DNA of 64,000 bases from Candidatus Nomurabacteria bacterium (GCA_963834935.1 CAWIDS010000001.1:236499-300498); one strand, 5' to 3'; shown: positions 1 through 9,686, numbered from the stretch's first letter. Made by a program: numbers and translations. Notes: generated by a model from the sequence alone, not told the origin.

Positions 1-640
1 GTAACTGCTGTCATAAAATTCATAGCTTGTGATCGGCTGGCCATCCGAGCCATAGACGGTTCCACCTACAATACCAGACCAAACCTGATTACCTGAAATG
101 ACAAACACTCCGCCGGATGGAACAGTGCTGTTATCAGCATCGTAGTAGGTAGTGTTGAAGGTGGCATTGCCATCGATGTCGCCACCGTTGTAACTACTGC
201 CGTTAAAGGTAGCATCGCCGGTGATTTCGCCACCGTTGTTGCCACTGTCGTTAAAGGTGGCATTGCCGCTGATGGTGCCACTGTTGTTGCCACTGTCGTT
301 AAAGGTGGCATTGCCGCTGATGGTGCCACGGCTGTAACTGCTGTCATAAAATTCATAGCTTGTGATCGGCTGGCCATCCGAGCCATAGACGGTTCCACCT
401 ACAATACCAGACCAAACCTGATTACCTGAAATGACAAACACTCCGCCGGATGGAACAGTGCTGTTATCAGTATCGTAGTAGGTAGTGTTGAAGGTGGCGT
501 TGCCATCGATGTTGCCACCGTTGTAACTACTGTCGTTAAAGGTGGCATTGCCGCTGATGGTACCCCTGTTGTAACTATTGCCATTAAAGGTAGCATCGCC
601 GGTGATGTTGCCACCGATGTGACTACTGTCGTTAAAGGTC
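1..640. repeat. 333-bp tandem repeat containing nested 51-bp units (coding)
   Basis: gtaactgctgtcataaaattcatagct occurs at 1 and 334; cgttaaaggt-type units recur at 51-bp spacing. Confidence 0.9.
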
Positions 641-1026
641 GTCATGCCGACACCACCTGTGCCATTCCCCGTAGCAAGAATGTTTCCATCCATCACGATA
701 CTGCCAGAAATAATGAAGCTTGTTCCATTGGCATTGGTAGTGGTGGTGGTAGCAGTGATGTTTCCATTGATGATATAATGTGACAACGAAGAGGTGATCA
801 CTGCTCCTGAAGCTGCGGGAGTGATGACAAAGCAGGTGTGGCCTGAAGTTCCCACGTTTGCCGTCACGGTATAGGTTCCGACTGCTGAGATGGTTCCGCA
901 GGTGCTGATGTTTCCAGGAGAGAGGTCAGCGAAAGCGGCATTAGCAAAGAAGAAGGATAAACAAAAGAAGATTCCGAAAAGAATCAACTTGTGGCTCTTG
1001 GCTGCTTTAAGGAATTTGTTATTCAT
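1..1026 (-). CDS. Large secreted beta-solenoid-like repeat protein, N-terminal part only (runs off the left edge; absent from the ORF track)
   Basis: ATG at 1026 overlaps the upstream TAA. Reads MNNKFLKAAKSHKLILFGIFFCLSFFFANAAFA (signal peptide), then (G)xIxGNATFNDSSYN 17-aa repeats; I found no stop before position 1. Confidence 0.8.
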   Translation of the reverse strand, partial: MNNKFLKAAKSHKLILFGIFFCLSFFFANAAFADLSPGNISTCGTISAVGTYTVTANVGTSGHTCFVITPAASGAVITSSLSHYIINGNITATTTTTNANGTSFIISGSIVMDGNILATGNGTGGVGMTTFNDSSHIGGNITGDATFNGNSYNRGTISGNATFNDSSYNGGNIDGNATFNTTYYDTDNSTVPSGGVFVISGNQVWSGIVGGTVYGSDGQPITSYEFYDSSYSRGTISGNATFNDSGNNSGTISGNATFNDSGNNGGEITGDATFNGSSYNGGDIDGNATFNTTYYDADNSTVPSGGVFVISGNQVWSGIVGGTVYGSDGQPITSYEFYDSSY

Positions 1027-2141
1027 TACGGTGTGGAGCTGGCATTGTCAGGAGAGGTAGATGGATCATTCGAAGGGGTCGAGGTTGAATCAGCAGGCGG
1101 TGGAGTGATGAGATTAGACAGAAGATCGGTAATGACGGAAGTCACTGATGTGGTAGGAGTGGAGGTTGAGTCTGCAGTAGAGACAAGTGGGGTTGAAGAG
1201 CTTGTGGTCATTGACTGGTCGGTAGTGGTAGGAGTGGAGGTAGGAATGAGATTCGATAGCAGATCAATGATAGTCGAAGTTACCGGCGTGGTAGATGCCG
1301 AGGTGGAATCTGTTGGTTGGTCGACAACAGGAGAAACGGCAGAAAAGTAGATTATCCTCTTGCCTCGAAGATTGATGCCGTTTAGGGAGCCTTGGACGGT
1401 AATGTTGTCCCCTGCCTTTACGTCAGAAAGAGGGATGGTTATTGAATTGTCATCGCTTAACACTACTTCGGCTACATTGGTCAGATCGACATTGAAGGTG
1501 TTGATGCCTTGATACTGTGATCCATTAGAGTCATCGAGGGAGAGAGTGCTGCCTGAGACTGATGTGACGGTGCCGTATATGCCGATGTCATCGACGACGA
1601 GGGTTGCTGGAGCTTGAGGGATTGTTGAAGAGCTTGTGGTCGTTGACTGGTCGGTGGTGGTGTCGGTGGTGGAAGGAGTGGAAGAAGGAATGAGATCTGA
1701 CAGAAGGTCGGTGATGTCGGAAGTTATCGATGTGGTGGGAGTCGAGGTTGAGTCTGCTGAATCGAGCGCAGGGGCGATTGAAGTGGTAGAGCTTGTGGTC
1801 GTTGACTGGTCGGTGGTGGTGTCGGTGGTGGAAGGAGTGGAAGAAGGAATGAGATCTGACAGCAGATTAGTGATATCGGAAGTTACCGGCGTGGTGGATG
1901 CCGAGGTGAAATCCGTAGAAGAGCCTGTGATTATCGAATCATCGGTGATAGCAGGGGTGGAAGTAGAGGCAGAATCATCAGCATGAGAGACGCCGTAGAC
2001 GATGATCGAGACGATAGTGACGATGAGGCATACCTTAAGAAGCTCTTGAGCCCATGATGTCTTCTGAATGATTATCTTTTCGACTATTTGTATCTCAGGC
2101 TTGGGTCTTTCACGAAGATCGAGTAAATTTTTCAAACTCAT
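1026..2141 (-). CDS. Ser/Thr-rich membrane-anchored surface protein with internal repeats
   Basis: One N-terminal TM segment; STTPxTSDITDLLSDLIP-like repeats; 159-bp duplication at 1630 and 1789. Confidence 0.75.
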   Translation of the reverse strand: MSLKNLLDLRERPKPEIQIVEKIIIQKTSWAQELLKVCLIVTIVSIIVYGVSHADDSASTSTPAITDDSIITGSSTDFTSASTTPVTSDITNLLSDLIPSSTPSTTDTTTDQSTTTSSTTSIAPALDSADSTSTPTTSITSDITDLLSDLIPSSTPSTTDTTTDQSTTTSSSTIPQAPATLVVDDIGIYGTVTSVSGSTLSLDDSNGSQYQGINTFNVDLTNVAEVVLSDDNSITIPLSDVKAGDNITVQGSLNGINLRGKRIIYFSAVSPVVDQPTDSTSASTTPVTSTIIDLLSNLIPTSTPTTTDQSMTTSSSTPLVSTADSTSTPTTSVTSVITDLLSNLITPPPADSTSTPSNDPSTSPDNASSTP

Positions 2142-2202
2142 ATACCGAGTATTGTATCATAAAATAATATAATGCAATATATATATGGGGAAAAAGGTGA
2201 TT

Positions 2203-2277
2203 TGGGGCGACTAGAGAGAATCGGACTCTCGACACCAGATCCACAGACTGGGGTTTTACCACTAAACTATAGTCGCC
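2203..2277 (-). tRNA. tRNA-His(GTG)
   Basis: Cloverleaf with anticodon loop CT-GTG-GA, G-1 and encoded CCA. Confidence 0.9.
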
Positions 2278-2280
2278 ATG

Positions 2281-2895
2281 TTAAATAAGAGCTTTGTAAG
2301 CATTCATTCCTGCAACGGAACCGATGATCGGTCCGACAATATAGACGAATGAGAAGCCTCCTTTCAATACCGAGTTCAGAGACATCGCCACTGCCGGGTT
2401 CAAGACTCCGCCCGATCCGAGAAATGCGGCGAAGGATATTCCGAAGAGAAGAGACGCCCCGATGACAAAACCATTGGCCACTGACGGCGTCCTTTCGAAT
2501 ACTACTGATGCGATGCCGAAAGTAAAGAAGAAAGTTCCTATCGTCTCTGCCACCAGATCCTTGAAAGTGCCCACTGATGCCAATGCGACTGTCACATCCT
2601 GAAGGAGAATGAGGCGCACAAGAAGGACCGCAATGAGCGCTCCCCCGACTTGAGCCAGGATATAATAGAGCGCCCGGCGGCCTTTGATCTTGCCTATCGA
2701 CCAAACTCCGATGGTCACTGCCGGGTTGATATGGCATCCGGAAATGCCACCGATAGTGTAGACGAACAAACCGAGAGTGATTCCTGCGAGCAATGCCGTC
2801 GGCAATGGAAAGGGCGAGCCTGAAGTAATCGACAGAAGAACCATGAATGACAAGGTGAAGGTTCCGAGACATTCCGCAAAAAGTTGTTTTTTCAT
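2281..2895 (-). CDS. Aquaporin / MIP family channel
   Basis: Two NPA motifs (HINPAVT, LNPAVA) and about six TM segments. Confidence 0.93.
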   Translation of the reverse strand: MKKQLFAECLGTFTLSFMVLLSITSGSPFPLPTALLAGITLGLFVYTIGGISGCHINPAVTIGVWSIGKIKGRRALYYILAQVGGALIAVLLVRLILLQDVTVALASVGTFKDLVAETIGTFFFTFGIASVVFERTPSVANGFVIGASLLFGISFAAFLGSGGVLNPAVAMSLNSVLKGGFSFVYIVGPIIGSVAGMNAYKALI

Positions 2896-2936
2896 AGATG
2901 TATTTTAGCAGAATTAGGATACTTAGAAAAGATTTG

Positions 2937-3020
2937 TGCGCAGGAGAGGACTTGAACCTCCACGCCCGTAAGGGCACACCCACCTCAAGGGTGCTTGGCT
3001 ACCAGTTACAACACCTGCGC
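2937..3020 (-). tRNA. tRNA-Leu(GAG)
   Basis: Stem caccc/gggtg, loop TT-GAG-GT, long variable arm, A73. Confidence 0.92.
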
Positions 3021-3044
3021 ATTTCCTATCAAACTATACAGGGA

Positions 3045-3446
3045 TTACTCGGCGGCGACAACTGGAATATTCTGAGAGTTTCGCATCTGGCGGCTGATTT
3101 CCTTGGCTGCCTTTTCTCGGATGTAGTAGAGCTTGGCTCGGCGCACTTTCGCTCGGCGGACCACTTCGATCTTGTCGATCATAGGCGAGTACAAGGGAAA
3201 TATCCTCTCGACTCCGACACCCTGGGCTACTTTTCGGACGGTGAAGGTAGCTCCTGCTTCGCTTCCATGCTTTCGGGCAAGAACCAATCCTTCGAAGATC
3301 TGGGTTCGGGTCTTTCCTTTTTCCTGGATGATCTGGCCGACTTTGACGGTGTCACCCGCGCGGAGGTCTATCTTTGCGCGCGCTTCGGTATCAACTGCCT
3401 TGAGTTTTATTGGTTTTATATTCTTTTCGTCTGTTTTCTTTGCCAT
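3045..3446 (-). CDS. rplS: 50S ribosomal protein L19
   Basis: GDTVKV...QIFEGLV...FTVRK...GVGVERIFP...[10 protein letters not shown]. Confidence 0.97.
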   Translation of the reverse strand: MAKKTDEKNIKPIKLKAVDTEARAKIDLRAGDTVKVGQIIQEKGKTRTQIFEGLVLARKHGSEAGATFTVRKVAQGVGVERIFPLYSPMIDKIEVVRRAKVRRAKLYYIREKAAKEISRQMRNSQNIPVVAAE

Positions 3447-3476
3447 AAATGTATTTCGTAAGTGAATAGGACTTTA

Positions 3477-4190
3477 TCACATCAGCTTAGAAAGGGCAAA
3501 TTCGAAGTCAGGCGGGTATGGCGCCTCGACGTGGATCTCTTTTCCAGCAATATTCTCGAAAATAATCTCCCGGGCATGAAGGGCGAGCCGCTTGAAGCCA
3601 AGCAATGCCTCCCGCTTCGGGGCATAGAGCGCATCGGCTACGATAGGGTGGTTTATAGCCTTGAAATGGACGCGAATCTGGTGCGTCCGGCCGGTGAGAG
3701 GGTGGGCTTCAATAAATGAGGCTTCTTCAGTCCTTTTCAATACCTTATATATAGTCACTGCATCCCTTGCTTCACCTCTTCCGCCCCGCTGGGCCGACCA
3801 AAGCCTGAAATCCTTGCGAGATCGCGTAATCGGACGATTGATCTCGCCCTCATTCTCCTTCATCGAGCCATAAACGAAAGCATTGTAGGTTTTGCGGGTA
3901 TCTCTCCGCTGAAATTGCGATTTCAGAAAGACGAAGGCATTTTCGGTCTTAGCGATCAAGAGCACCCCTGAAGTGTCGCGATCGATGCGGTGAACGATGC
4001 CTGGACGGATTATCGTTCCGCCATTGGTAAGCTCGATCGGTTCGCCGACATCCTTGGCTTCCGGATATTTTTCCAAAATCCAATCCACCACCGTCGGCTC
4101 AGTCGTCCGCCCATCGCCATGTACCACAAGCCCCGCCGGCTTGTTGATGGCTACAATATCATTGTCTTCGTAGAGAATAGGCAGATCCAT
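3477..4190 (-). CDS. RluA/RluD-family pseudouridine synthase (no S4 domain)
   Basis: NKPAGLVVH, HRIDRDTSG and TGRTHQIRVH motifs. Confidence 0.93.
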   Translation of the reverse strand: MDLPILYEDNDIVAINKPAGLVVHGDGRTTEPTVVDWILEKYPEAKDVGEPIELTNGGTIIRPGIVHRIDRDTSGVLLIAKTENAFVFLKSQFQRRDTRKTYNAFVYGSMKENEGEINRPITRSRKDFRLWSAQRGGRGEARDAVTIYKVLKRTEEASFIEAHPLTGRTHQIRVHFKAINHPIVADALYAPKREALLGFKRLALHAREIIFENIAGKEIHVEAPYPPDFEFALSKLM

Positions 4191-4224
4191 TGATGTACCT
4201 TAGCAGATTTGGGGAAATAAAAAA

Positions 4225-4252
4225 GAGACGGCTTCCATTGCTGAAAGCCGTC
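4225..4252. terminator. Hairpin, probable terminator
   Basis: agacggctt...aagccgtct next to an A tract. Confidence 0.55.
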
Positions 4253-4254
4253 TG

Positions 4255-4833
4255 TTAGGGTCCTCTCGCCTTCTTCGTGATGATTCCGCTTTTTCTCGCT
4301 TCATTCATATCGAAGATGACATCGCGCCTGGTGTTGAAATACTCCATTACTTCCTTCCTCCTCATGTCTGTGCGCCGGACGATGAAGTCGCAAACCTCCT
4401 TGAAGGTCGTCATGGCGTCGCGCTGGGCGCGAGCGAACTCCATACCGATCTCGCTGATGATGAGACGCGGCGTGGAATAAGCGAAAGAGTGGATGCCGAA
4501 GCTGCTATCCTCCGTGCCTGTCCTTTCCTTCCCCGCAAGGAAGATGAAGGTCGCTGATGACTGGATGCGTCCTTTGGCATGAGTGGATATGCGAGGCTCG
4601 CTCTCAATCCACAAAGCAAGGTCCAGGGCCGGCTTTGCTTGGCCGCCTTCGCAATCGCCCATCTCGAGGATGATCTTGTGATACGAATCCTTCGAAAGCG
4701 CTTTCTGTAGCTTTCGGCGGGTGCTTTCGATCGTCGATTCGTTCAGCTCGTGTCCGACGACCCTTCCCTTGTGATCCTTGATGACCAGAGTTCTCATTGC
4801 CACCCTGACAGCGGCAGTCTTGCTGCTTTTCAT
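4255..4833 (-). CDS. Divergent ClpP-like peptidase
   Basis: QSSATFIFLAG (Ser motif), FGIHS (His), C-terminal EARKSGII. Confidence 0.6.
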   Translation of the reverse strand: MKSSKTAAVRVAMRTLVIKDHKGRVVGHELNESTIESTRRKLQKALSKDSYHKIILEMGDCEGGQAKPALDLALWIESEPRISTHAKGRIQSSATFIFLAGKERTGTEDSSFGIHSFAYSTPRLIISEIGMEFARAQRDAMTTFKEVCDFIVRRTDMRRKEVMEYFNTRRDVIFDMNEARKSGIITKKARGP

Positions 4834-4963
4834 TCTTGCTACCCCCTTTCCTGGTTAGGTGTTCGTAATTGACTTGATATATATAAGGAACTCTGTTACT
4901 ATCAGACTAGACTTTATCACATTGTGTGGTTTAGTGCAAACAAAAGGAGATCCTACAAAACCG

Positions 4964-5188
4964 ATGAAAACAAGCAGTATGTCAAACCCGGACGAGACCA
5001 GAGGCCTCGACCCAGTCGCACGCGCCAAAGCAAGAACCCGAATGGGGAAAAGAATTCCCTACACTCGGGTCGCTCAAGACCCCAGGCTCAACATCGTGGC
5101 ATGCGCGAACAACGGCGAGCCAATCACCGTACAGGTGTTCCGGGAGATGAGTCCCGAAGAGAAACGGGACAACCCAAAGATGGACTGA
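4964..5188 (+). CDS. Small hypothetical protein
   Basis: ATG after AGGAG; followed by a GC hairpin at 5212-5244. Confidence 0.4.
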   Translation: MKTSSMSNPDETRGLDPVARAKARTRMGKRIPYTRVAQDPRLNIVACANNGEPITVQVFREMSPEEKRDNPKMD

Positions 5189-5211
5189 ACGACAGCCCCT
5201 TCATCGAAACC

Positions 5212-5244
5212 AGCGCCGACCCAAACACGTGACGGGTCGGCGCT
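5212..5244. terminator. GC-rich hairpin terminator
   Basis: agcgccgaccc / gggtcggcgct, 11-bp stem. Confidence 0.6.
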
Positions 5245-5254
5245 TTCGTATCTG

Positions 5255-5327
5255 TGGGCGATGCAGGACTTGAACCTGCGACCTTCTCAGTGTAAATGAG
5301 TTGCTCTACCAACTGAGCTAATCGCCC
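5255..5327 (-). tRNA. tRNA-Val(TAC)
   Basis: Canonical D and T arms, loop TT-TAC-AC. Confidence 0.92.
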
Positions 5328-5364
5328 GTCAAAGCACTCTATCATATGAAAAGAAAACGGTAAA

Positions 5365-5814
5365 TTAACCTCTCTTTATATAAAACTTCTTCTGCAAATA
5401 ATTCTCTATCACCTCGAAGCTCGGGAAATAACGGGGCTGGGGCAAATCGTCCAGGCTGAACCATTTCCATTCGATGATCTCGTTAGGTTCCATGACCAAG
5501 GCTTCGCCCTGCCACTGATGCGTCACTAATCCGACCGTCATGAAGTGGGCATGCTCATTCATGCAATTGTGGACCGAAATGACTTCCGGATCGCTGATGG
5601 TGATTCCGGTTTCCTCTTTCACTTCCCTGATCGCGCCGTCCTCAATGCTCTCTCCCCATTCGAGCTTGCCGCCGGGAAGGCACCATTCGCCCGCGCTTCG
5701 GAATGCCGAGTCGGCCTTGTCGGGATCAGGATGCCTCATGCCAAGAAGTATCTTGCCGTCCTTCTCGAGAATCACTCCGAATCCCGCTCCTACTTTCTTC
5801 TTTTCTTCTGCCAT
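5365..5814 (-). CDS. Nudix hydrolase
   Basis: Nudix box GGKLEWGESIEDGAIREVKEETG. Confidence 0.93.
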   Translation of the reverse strand: MAEEKKKVGAGFGVILEKDGKILLGMRHPDPDKADSAFRSAGEWCLPGGKLEWGESIEDGAIREVKEETGITISDPEVISVHNCMNEHAHFMTVGLVTHQWQGEALVMEPNEIIEWKWFSLDDLPQPRYFPSFEVIENYLQKKFYIKRG

Positions 5815-5837
5815 TTTTTGATGTTATCTGTTAAATG

Positions 5838-7037
5838 CTAGTTCGTGAATGTCAGCGAACCGACGCTTTTCTGTATCGGCTGCGTCACCAGCTCATCATA
5901 ATTCTTCGAGAGATACTCGCATGCCGCATACGTAGGATCGCCTTGATAGACGCCGCAGCCGTTGGTGGTATGGATGACGTATTGGATAGTAATATAGAGG
6001 CCATTTCTTTCAGTTGTATAATCATCGGTAGTATAAAGCTGGCTCATGCCAGCATCTCCTCCGCTCGAAAGGCAGAATTGCGTGCCATTCAAAGTTATCT
6101 TCGAATCATTGGTTGCCGGTCCACCTCCATAATTCATCGATGAATGATAGCAGCCATTCGTTCCTATATCACTGCTTGTCGAGGTGACGAATACATCAGG
6201 CTTGCCGCTCGGGCCGAATATGAGATTGGCTCCTGATCCGTTGAGGCTTGTTGGATACTGGAATGAAAATCCGTTCTGGCTATCGGTATAGGTCTGCCAG
6301 GTTATGCTTTGGTTGCCGGATTGGCCGTCATAGGAAGCGATTTCGTTCTGAATCGTCTGAGCTTGTTCGTCGCTACTTACCGGCGTCGCCACCGCAGGAT
6401 CAAGGGCAAGTATAGTCTTATCGAGATAGGTGCTATCGACATCGTCAATATTGTTGACTACCAGGAAATTCTGAGCGCTTAACGGGATGATGTAGGCATA
6501 ATACGTATTGGCTTTGGTGCCGAACATATGCAAGCCTCCCATGGTATTGACCGAGATATCGGCTGTAGTTGTGGCTGCAGGATCATTCTGGACCGTCATC
6601 CATGTATGACTTGAAGGATTGAAAAAATAGGTCGGATTCGAAGCTGTGCCGAAATTGTCGGTGATAGTCATGGAGGGGGACTGCACTTCCTGGATCGAGA
6701 TCTCAGGCTTTGCATTTCCCGCAGCATCTTTCTCGCCCACCAAAAGGGTTGCAAGAACTTTCCCCACAGAAATATTTCCATCGGTATCCTGGCTTGGCGC
6801 CGCTTTTGTCACCTGCCAATCATTCGGATACGAGAACGAGAATCCGAAATCCTGATCGGCATAGGTGAGTGCGGATTGTGTCGAGGTGGCGGTCGAAGTG
6901 GCCACGCTAGTCGAATCCACTGTCGGAGCACTCACCTTCGCTACTTGCGCCTCATATATATAAGCGCCTCCAATGATGAGAAGTAGGATGATGATGCCCC
7001 ATAAGATGAAGACGGCGTAATCTTTTTTATTGTTCAT
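5838..7037 (-). CDS. Membrane-anchored extracellular protein with two PsbP-like domains
   Basis: N-terminal TM; YADQDFGFSFSYP and YTDSQNGFSFQYP motifs. Confidence 0.6.
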   Translation of the reverse strand: MNNKKDYAVFILWGIIILLLIIGGAYIYEAQVAKVSAPTVDSTSVATSTATSTQSALTYADQDFGFSFSYPNDWQVTKAAPSQDTDGNISVGKVLATLLVGEKDAAGNAKPEISIQEVQSPSMTITDNFGTASNPTYFFNPSSHTWMTVQNDPAATTTADISVNTMGGLHMFGTKANTYYAYIIPLSAQNFLVVNNIDDVDSTYLDKTILALDPAVATPVSSDEQAQTIQNEIASYDGQSGNQSITWQTYTDSQNGFSFQYPTSLNGSGANLIFGPSGKPDVFVTSTSSDIGTNGCYHSSMNYGGGPATNDSKITLNGTQFCLSSGGDAGMSQLYTTDDYTTERNGLYITIQYVIHTTNGCGVYQGDPTYAACEYLSKNYDELVTQPIQKSVGSLTFTN

Positions 7038-7083
7038 GAGGCTATTATACCACTAGTGTGTGCCGTTGCACGGTCTCGGATAA

Positions 7084-7269
7084 AGTAAGGTGAGTCTCTT
7101 ACGACCATTTCCTTTTAAGGGAGAACTTACAATCTATAGAAATAATAAAGTCTCTATTGTTAATCTTAATAAGGAAAAATTAACAGGTATTATTATTGAA
7201 GATGAAACAATTTACAATATGATGCGAGTGATATTCGAGCTTTCCTGGAAGGGTGCTAAAACTTTTTAA
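7084..7269 (+). pseudogene. C-terminal fragment of a TrmB-like regulator
   Basis: Reads PFPFKGELTIYRNNKVSIVNLNKEKLTGIIIEDETIYNMMRVIFELSW; no N-terminal part; abuts the island end motif. Confidence 0.6.
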
Positions 7270-7279
7270 TCAGATAAAA

Positions 7280-7768
7280 TTATATTTTTTTAATCATCGT
7301 AATATCAAGATCTTCATACCCTTTGGATTCGTAAAAAGAGTGTGAATCTGTGTTTGGGGAAAAAACTCCTACCAATGTTGTGTCACATCCTTTTGACTTG
7401 AAATAATCTTCCATAGTTTTCATAAGAAGTGATCCGACACCTTTTCCCCGAAATTCCGAATCAACATACAATTCCCTGATCCACGAAGGATTGGAAGGAA
7501 CTACTTGCAAGGTTCCACCTGGGGCCTGTGGTTGGATGGTGCCAGCAATGAAGCCAGCAATCCTTCCTTCAGCTTCTGCAAAAAATATCTTGCCATTCTT
7601 TTCGCTAATAGCTTTCAGAAGCTTCTTAGTGTAGCTATCTGCATATCCAGGAGATGTTACTTGACGCTTTAATGGATCGATTTCTACAATATGACTCTGT
7701 AGAGCTTCTATTGATTTAATCAATATTTCTTTGTCATTTTCAGTGTATTCTCTGATGCTAATTTTCAT
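7280..7768 (-). CDS. GNAT acetyltransferase
   Basis: LYVDSEFRGKGVGSLL and SFYESKGY motifs. Confidence 0.9.
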   Translation of the reverse strand: MKISIREYTENDKEILIKSIEALQSHIVEIDPLKRQVTSPGYADSYTKKLLKAISEKNGKIFFAEAEGRIAGFIAGTIQPQAPGGTLQVVPSNPSWIRELYVDSEFRGKGVGSLLMKTMEDYFKSKGCDTTLVGVFSPNTDSHSFYESKGYEDLDITMIKKI

Positions 7769-7868
7769 AGTTAAATTATACCTTAGTTTAAACTGTTTTG
7801 AGCAGAACTTATGTAATGTAGTAGAATTGTCAACAATTGTAATATATCAAATGTGATAAAATATTCAG

Positions 7869-8180
7869 ATGAATCTCGAATCCCCCGACATCGAACCAAA
7901 GAGGCCTAATGTGCCTTTGCTGGAATGGTTTAAAGAGAAATATGGACCAAAGTCAGAAATTATAGTTCAAACTGAAGACATACAAGAAAGTAAGGAAAAA
8001 GGACTCTCTACTGAGAATGAAGTGCTTATCAAAGACACAGCACAAAAGGAGGCTATGCATGTGGAAAAAGAAAAATTCAGGCTTAATCGTATCGATGAAA
8101 TACATCAAGAGCTGATAATTTTATACTATCTCCCATCCCTCCAAGTTCTGAAAGCCAAGTCATGCGGTCGTGTTTTTTAA
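7869..8180 (+). CDS. Hypothetical protein, possibly truncated
   Basis: Open frame; shares a KEKxRLxRIDxIxQEL motif with 62537-63262. Confidence 0.45.
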   Translation: MNLESPDIEPKRPNVPLLEWFKEKYGPKSEIIVQTEDIQESKEKGLSTENEVLIKDTAQKEAMHVEKEKFRLNRIDEIHQELIILYYLPSLQVLKAKSCGRVF

Positions 8181-8228
8181 TGCTAAAAAACCAGCATTTG
8201 AGCCCTCTCGGTAGGTCTCACTAGCGTG

Positions 8229-8300
8229 TGCTCCCGGTTGGAATCGAACCAACAATAGCGGCTTAGAAGTCCGCGGTTATATCCATTTAACTACAGGAGC
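8229..8300 (-). tRNA. tRNA-Arg(TCT)
   Basis: Cloverleaf, loop CT-TCT-AA. Confidence 0.9.
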
Positions 8301-8320
8301 ATTGCCCGACTATATCAACC

Positions 8321-8620
8321 CTATAGCGAGGGGTCAATGAGATTATTACGGGTGGAAGAAGCGAGGTCGCTCTGCCTTTGGCTGAAAAAAACTTCCATCT
8401 TGTCGACGTCGCTTGTCTTCTTGATACTGATTCCATTACTGAATGAATCCGCAGGCACGACTACATCCTGCTGATAGTAATAATAGAGCGAGATATTTCC
8501 TGCCATGACGATAGCAGAAAGAATAAGGAATGAACAGACCAGCAGCTGCCAGTCACGCTGGGGGTGTATTTCCTCATAGACGTTTCCTGCTTTGAATTTT
8601 ATCTTGAAATTGAGTTTCAT
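8321..8620 (-). CDS. Small single-TM protein, last gene of the pilMNO operon
   Basis: HPQRDWQLL followed by a TM segment; operon position. Confidence 0.6.
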   Translation of the reverse strand: MKLNFKIKFKAGNVYEEIHPQRDWQLLVCSFLILSAIVMAGNISLYYYYQQDVVVPADSFSNGISIKKTSDVDKMEVFFSQRQSDLASSTRNNLIDPSL

Positions 8621-8624
8621 ATGC

Positions 8625-9161
8625 TTATTGGGAAAAAGTAGGGACCATGACATCCAAATTTCCCATCCAGGAAGTTCCTTTATCGGTCTTCGAGGAAGTA
8701 AGGACGACATTGGAAATGGAGATCAGATAGGAAGAATCATCGAGATGTTGCAGCAAGGAAACCATGCCACTGAAGCTCCCGTTGGCCTCGATACCAAGAT
8801 GGAACGTATTGATCGGTCCGACACCGCTCTGTCCCGGAATGATCTCGAGCGATTGCATGGTGCATGAAAGCGAGATGCTTGAGCAGAGCGATTCTATCGA
8901 CGCGATGAAGTCCGCTTCTCCTCCGTTCTTGATGACATGCGAAAGTATCTCATCGCTCTTGGCGTCGAGCTGTTTAGCATTTATATCATTAATGACTAGG
9001 AGCGACGTGCTGTCCTGCAAGGTCATCTGGTTTTTTTGCAAGTCAATCTGATCCTGCCTCATCGTCCTAATGGAATAGAAGAAGAAAAGATAAGCGCCGA
9101 CACAAAGAAGAACGAAGGCTATCTCGGAGATTATGACGATTTGGAAGGTATTTTTTTTCAT
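8625..9161 (-). CDS. pilO: PilO-like type IV pilus alignment protein
   Basis: N-terminal TM; GSFSGMVSLLQHLDD fold signature; operon order. Confidence 0.65.
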   Translation of the reverse strand: MKKNTFQIVIISEIAFVLLCVGAYLFFFYSIRTMRQDQIDLQKNQMTLQDSTSLLVINDINAKQLDAKSDEILSHVIKNGGEADFIASIESLCSSISLSCTMQSLEIIPGQSGVGPINTFHLGIEANGSFSGMVSLLQHLDDSSYLISISNVVLTSSKTDKGTSWMGNLDVMVPTFSQ

Positions 9162-9162
9162 A

Positions 9163-9681
9163 TCATTTCAATTCGAGCTGCAGGGTGAAATTATCGTCAG
9201 TGCTTTTGGCGATATCAGAGATGGGAAGGTCGGCACTCTTGAAGTAGGGATCCGTCTTGAATGAATTCCAGAAAGAGATGAGGTCTTCGCGCGTCTTGCT
9301 AGTGCCAATGACCCCCATAGCCTTGCCGCTCCACTGTATGTCGTCTATGGCTATGGCGCTCGTCTTCTTGTCGAGGACGCGGGAAATGGCATCGACCGCA
9401 GAGAGCGATGAGGTCGAAGTATGGCTATCAATATATGACAGGACCGCCTTCAAGTCATGTGATTTTGAAATGGCTTCGCTGCTGCTGGCGGAAAGGGCCG
9501 GCGCGTTCGCTTTCTTGGATACCTGACTTACGTTTCCCTTTTCATAGAAATACGAAGGCAGGAGGCTGACGATGGCTATGATGCCAAGAGCGCACAGAAA
9601 GGCCAGGCTCACCACAGCTAATCTCGTATGATATTCTTTCTTGATTTCCTTCTTTTCTTTTGGGGGTAAAAGAGTAAGCAT
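9163..9681 (-). CDS. pilN: PilN-like protein
   Basis: TLLP N-terminal motif, TM, GTSKTREDLISF. Confidence 0.75.
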   Translation of the reverse strand: MLTLLPPKEKKEIKKEYHTRLAVVSLAFLCALGIIAIVSLLPSYFYEKGNVSQVSKKANAPALSASSSEAISKSHDLKAVLSYIDSHTSTSSLSAVDAISRVLDKKTSAIAIDDIQWSGKAMGVIGTSKTREDLISFWNSFKTDPYFKSADLPISDIAKSTDDNFTLQLELK

Positions 9682-9686
9682 ATTGA

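Noticed and set aside
66-614. ORF-track proteins 66-398 and 399-614
   Set aside because: Alternative-frame shadows of the real long ORF starting at 1026.
1-660. CRISPR array
   Set aside because: The repeats are in-frame coding units (51 and 333 bp) without unique spacers, and no cas genes are present.
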